Below are positions 30,808-34,977 of a stretch of 34,977 nt of DNA, in pieces. Within the stretch, counting starts at the first letter, position 1; every line of letters begins with the position of its first letter. The notes beneath the pieces are model-generated. The model was given only the letters and a program-made list of their open reading frames with translations, was not told the DNA's origin and made no database searches. Position numbers and translations under genes: made by a program. The stretch covers positions 1 to 34,977 of the forward strand of contig KZ539057.1 of NCBI GenBank assembly GCA_000934665.2, written 5' to 3'. The DNA comes from Catajapyx aquilonaris. Lineage: Eukaryota.

Positions 30808-31192
30808 ATGCAACCAACCGAATGCTGAACAAGGCTTTTGATGAGCAAGTTGTAAGACAAGCAATAACATATGAGTGGGTTAACAGCTTCGAAGGTGGCG
30901 CGTCAAGTTTGCAGCAAAATCAACTCAATGACGATCATTTTCTTTGACATTTTAGGAATTGTGCATATGGAGTTTCTCCCTCCTGGTAAAACTGTCAACG
31001 GCAAGTATTAGGGCCTAATGGGATGGTTTGAGACGATTTAGGCTCAAATGGCCGGAGATGTGGAAGAACATATAGACTGGTTGCTGCACCATGACAATGC
31101 CGCCTGCACACACCTCACGCGTAGTCAGGGACTTCCTGATAAAAAATAACATGACCACTGTTCCCCACCCTGCATATTCGTTTGTCCTGGCC
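30808..31192 (+). pseudogene. Internally deleted mariner transposase relic
   Basis: Fragments ATNRMLNKAFDEQVVRQAITYEWVNSFEGG (HTH), SKINSMTIIFFDILGIVHMEFLPPGKTVNGKYY, WLLHHDNA and AHTSRVVRDFLIKNNMTTVPHPAYS, with frameshifts; truncated before the third catalytic Asp. Confidence 0.85.
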
Positions 31193-31362
31193 AAGGGGGT
31201 ACTCACTTCGGTACTCCGGTGTACACCTGCAGTGGTACTCTTTGGTACTCTTCGGTACTCCTTAGGTACTCCCTGGTGCTCCAAGACAATAAACAAATAT
31301 GCCTCTAACTTCGGGAGCTTTTCCCTCTCGTGTCGTGCTTCCAATCCCAAGGGGCTAAAAAA

Positions 31363-31431
31363 TGGTGCCGGGGATCGAACCCGGGACCTTTCACATGCAA
31401 AGCGAACGCTCTACCACTGAGATACACCCCC
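31363..31431 (-). tRNA. tRNA-Ala(TGC), probably a pseudogene
   Basis: GGGGGTG TA TCTC AGTGGTA GAGC G TTCGC TT TGC AT GTGAA AGGTC CCGGG TTCGATC CCCGG CACCA, then T6. Anticodon at 31399-31397; the acceptor 3' strand is 3 nt short and the D-stem has a T10/C25 mismatch. Confidence 0.85.
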
Positions 31432-32959
31432 ACTTCGTAGGAGTTATTGCTTCATTACGAGAAGACCTATGAACATGTTCATAACACATAATATTGAACA
31501 TAATATATTTCATGTAGGCGGGTGACACCATGTCCAAATGTCCAAAAGAAGGGCATAGATGCTCTGTATAGGCTGTGTACAATACACACTATTATACTAA
31601 TAAATACGCCTTTTTTGACTTCAGCATAACCGAATCTACGATTTCAAACGTCCTATTTAATGTCTCTGTCTCTATAAAGTGAGTGATGACCAATAGTTTC
31701 ACAACTATCTGTTCTATCTCTTCCTCAGATGCAGGACAGAGCTCCTGTTCACATAAACCCCCTGGAGGAGGAGGAGCAAGAAATGCAGAGAGGAACGCTC
31801 GAAGGAATATTGCAGGACCGTCATCACCGTCATACCTAGCAGAATCTACATCTATACGTATGTGCGATTAAACAGATTCACTTTTTTCATATAATGCGTG
31901 TTGTGCCATAAAGAACCTTAATTATCCCTCAATAAATTCTTCCTCGTTGAGATTCCAGGTCAATTACGAGTAATTTCGGTGTGCCAGGTCTTCGGGTGCC
32001 AGGTCTTCAGGGAGGCAAGTACACGTATATTATTAAGGAAATAAAATCAAAAAGGCTTCAATTTTATAGCATGTCATTGCATATCTAAACATTAAAATCC
32101 GTTACTCAAGTATTCGTTCGAGTTAAACATGGGTCTGTATTACAGTACTAGCTAATTACCCGCATATGCAGTAGATCCGTCCAATTGTGGCCTACAAGTA
32201 AAAACCCAGTATCTTGAGTTACATGGTTTTTACATGAGGCTCCAGCCCTGCTTCCTTACCTTGGTATACACCTTGAATTTTGGTATATACTCCAGTGTAC
32301 ACTTGACACAGTCGAGTGCGTTCGAGTGGTTAATAACCCCTTGGTTTAGATATTTGTTCCGTGTATCCAACTATGTTTCATGGCACGGCCAGTCCGTTAA
32401 TTAGTTTAAGAATGCCGCCAACGCCGTCGTATAAACAACCTTATTTAATTGCCGGTGAACCGGGCAAGTTCACAGATGCGTGCTGGGCGAGGCAAGATCT
32501 CAGCATGTTCGATAAATATTTATTGCATAATATTTACATGAGATTTCTAATAAAACTTGGTAATTCAGAGACAATAATTATAGGCATCGAACGACAAGGG
32601 TCAGTCAGAAAGTATGTTTCTTAATGCTACAGTTTCCAGGCCATGCGACGGACATGAGCAAAGATGGCTATCCTTCCAGTATACTTTATATAGGACAGGT
32701 AGGTGCCATCTTGCAGCCTATGCACAGGCACAGCAGCTGTCGGATGAGACCAAGTGCCTGCCCACATTCCACCAGGAAAAGTCATGCCAGATGGAGAGTC
32801 TTGGTCACAGTAGGTAAATGTCGTGGCCGAGTGTCGAGTTGTCTTGCATGCTTCTGAGCAAGGTAGTCCTACTCGTGTCCAATAAGTCAGGTGCTGACAC
32901 ATTTTATGATGTGTATATTAACAAGGAGCCTACTGACATCACGCTGCAGCCTTGATCCC

Positions 32960-33186
32960 TTGGAGACTACTCCCTATCCTCCTATGTCCCGTCAGAGGAG
33001 ACCAGCTTTGGATACCCGAGCAGACTGGAACCGCCCAGCGGATTCTCGGACGGACACGAGCTCAGCGAGGCCGAATGTGACATGGACACACTGAGGAGGA
33101 TCAAGAGAGCAGGACACCACTAGCCCTTTCGGAGGACTAGGGACAGGGAGAGGATGATGCACGACTTCACCATTGCCGTGTGATGA
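32960..33186 (+). mobile_element. Decayed 3' end of an RTE-like LINE
   Basis: Frameshifted relics RQRR..FG, AQRILGRTRAQRGR, TW, EED and DRER resemble the basic C-terminus of RTE-clade ORF2; ends in tgatga. Confidence 0.35.
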
Positions 33187-33190
33187 TTAA

Positions 33191-33316
33191 CCCATTTTAT
33201 GCCTAGCGTTCCATTATTGGAACGGCCAGTCACGTGGGAGTTATTTATATCCCACTTTCTTGAATATTTCTGGGTAACCTACGAAGTTAGAAATTTCAAC
33301 CTTAGGCATAAATGGG
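33191..33316 (+). mobile_element. 126-bp piggyBac MITE resembling MER85/PGBD3 ends
   Basis: TTAA TSD at 33187-33190 and 33317-33320; TIR CCCATTT(T)ATGCCTA / TAGGCATAAATGGG; internal palindrome GTTCCATTATTGGAAC at 33208-33223. Confidence 0.9.
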
Positions 33317-34744
33317 TTAACACAACATCAACCCCCACCCAATGTTTTCCGCCGTACAGGATGTAAATCAAGGATCCAGTGCATTTATTTATCAGACAAT
33401 TCGCAATTTATGTGTTTGTGTGCGACGTTATAATTAAGTTTATGTGTTGTTGACCCCCCAAAAAAGAGGAAGCAAGCGGGCTGTAGAGATTTTTTAAACA
33501 TGCCCCAATGAGAATAGGTGACTGCTGCAATTTTCAGTGAGAAAGCAGAGTGTATAAGGCAACCGACACAAGAATAAAAGATTAGTTTTGTGCCTTTGCC
33601 TCGTGAGCGGTGATAGTGCCACATCTGACACGAAAATATCGTTGTTTCAGGAGTTTGATAATCAACTGACAAAAAAAAAATTAATATTATCAAGGTGCAC
33701 GGCAGTGCACCCCGCCAAGTCATCACTCCGCATCACTTCACACCACACACACAGTCTACATTTCGACACATCACCTACTGCCACTTGTCATGTAACCAGG
33801 CAACCTAATCAACATGCACTGCTGTGGGCCTTTTACTCTACCCACTTCGTATACTACATTTCACCTCCTTCCAGCTCAGCTCGGAAAAACGCTGGAGATC
33901 TGAGCTTCACAAAATAGAATGGCATGGGCCCAGGGACCCTACAAAAAAATATTCATAATTTTGTGACAAAAGGTTCTCGAGATATAAAGCCTCAAAAAAG
34001 GCCATTTTTCCTCCAATAATATATCTAATACATATTTTAAGACCTATGTCTGTCTTTTGTCCGGTATGCAAATCCGTACGGAGGCTTCGACATACTCCCC
34101 AGGGGTATCACTAGGGATAGTTTTTCACCGGGAAGGATCTTAGCGCATTGGAATTGACCTCCGAAGTCATCCGGGGCCACAGGAGGCGAAAAGAACTTCG
34201 GGAAGTTGGCATCCTGTGCTAATAATCCGCATTTTGGTATCAACAAACGTACAAACCCCTGTTCTGTTTCCAGGGGAACGGTCCCCCCCCCCTCTCTCTC
34301 TCCCTCTCTCCCTCCCCCTCTCTCCCCCTCCTCCCTTCCCTCCCCCCCCCCCTACCACCCCCTCCAGCGCATCAGTGTCATTACATTTCTACGTGGTTGC
34401 TGTACTTTGGTCAGTGCTTTGCACTCACATTGGCTGCATACTTGATTGTTCCAATTTAGAATTTATTACGCACTGTTGCCTTGGTTACGACACTACTGGT
34501 GTAATTGGGTGATGATCACGTTATTTTGTTCATAACATTCAAAGAGTTCCATATCTTGCTATCCTGGTATCTCATTCCATGTTTATCCTATAGACACGGT
34601 GGCACGGTCCAGGCACGGCCTCGGGGCAGGCCCAGGGTTCGAGCTGGTGGTATACAAATGCGCTGTATGTAAGAATAGCGGTTTTGGGTTGTTTGTTCAG
34701 GCAGCCTGTCGGGATTTTCTTGGCGTACTTTTCCTGCCATACCT

Positions 34745-34935
34745 TTTCCTCTACGTACTGTGTCATGTGCTTTTTGTCGGAATTCTCCTGTTCCGAACTG
34801 TGTTACGTTCTGTGTCATGTAGTTTTCAATCGTTTGTTTAAGGTGTGGTATAGTGTGGTGGTATAAAGGTATAAGGTGTATAAGGTGTGGTATAATGTGG
34901 TCTACGTGGGTACTGTGTCATGTACTTTTCAATCT
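34745..34935. repeat. Short degenerate direct repeats, probably the interior of a repeat element running off the window
   Basis: ctgtgtcatgt x3; aggtgtggtata / ggtataa repeats. Confidence 0.4.
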
Positions 34936-34977
34936 TTTTGCATTTGTTTGTTTTTTCACTTTGTAACGATTGGACCT

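Noticed and set aside
31191..31354. Repeated ggtactc motifs between two ccaagggg copies as a CRISPR-like array
   Set aside because: Irregular 7-mers in eukaryotic repeat debris; no constant repeat-spacer periodicity.

Overview
AT-rich, intron-containing genomic DNA of an invertebrate, probably an arthropod (inferred from the proteins). It has three host genes, reconstructed by hand from GT-AG sites; the supplied ORF track mostly misses them. (1) The 3' end of a conventional protein kinase C gene (+). A >13.7 kb MITE-laden intron is followed by two separate, complete terminal coding exons: 13784-13972 (PKC alpha/betaII-like) and 19862-20014 (betaI/Pkc53E-like). The first has Asn in place of the hydrophobic-motif phospho-Ser. 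(2) A complete 10-exon SLC49A4/DIRC2-like lysosomal MFS transporter (-, 29372-23605, 466 aa) with a His-rich loop. (3) A complete 7-exon secreted fibrinogen-domain lectin (+, 25877-27941, 287 aa) nested antisense in intron 4 of the transporter, with a kappaB/GATA-like promoter. The rest is non-autonomous DNA transposons (mariner, pogo, Harbinger-, Sola- and piggyBac-type, the last strikingly like primate MER85), a tRNA-derived SINE with intact TSD, a tRNA-Ala(TGC) pseudogene and microsatellites. All homology calls come from recalled family motifs, not database searches.
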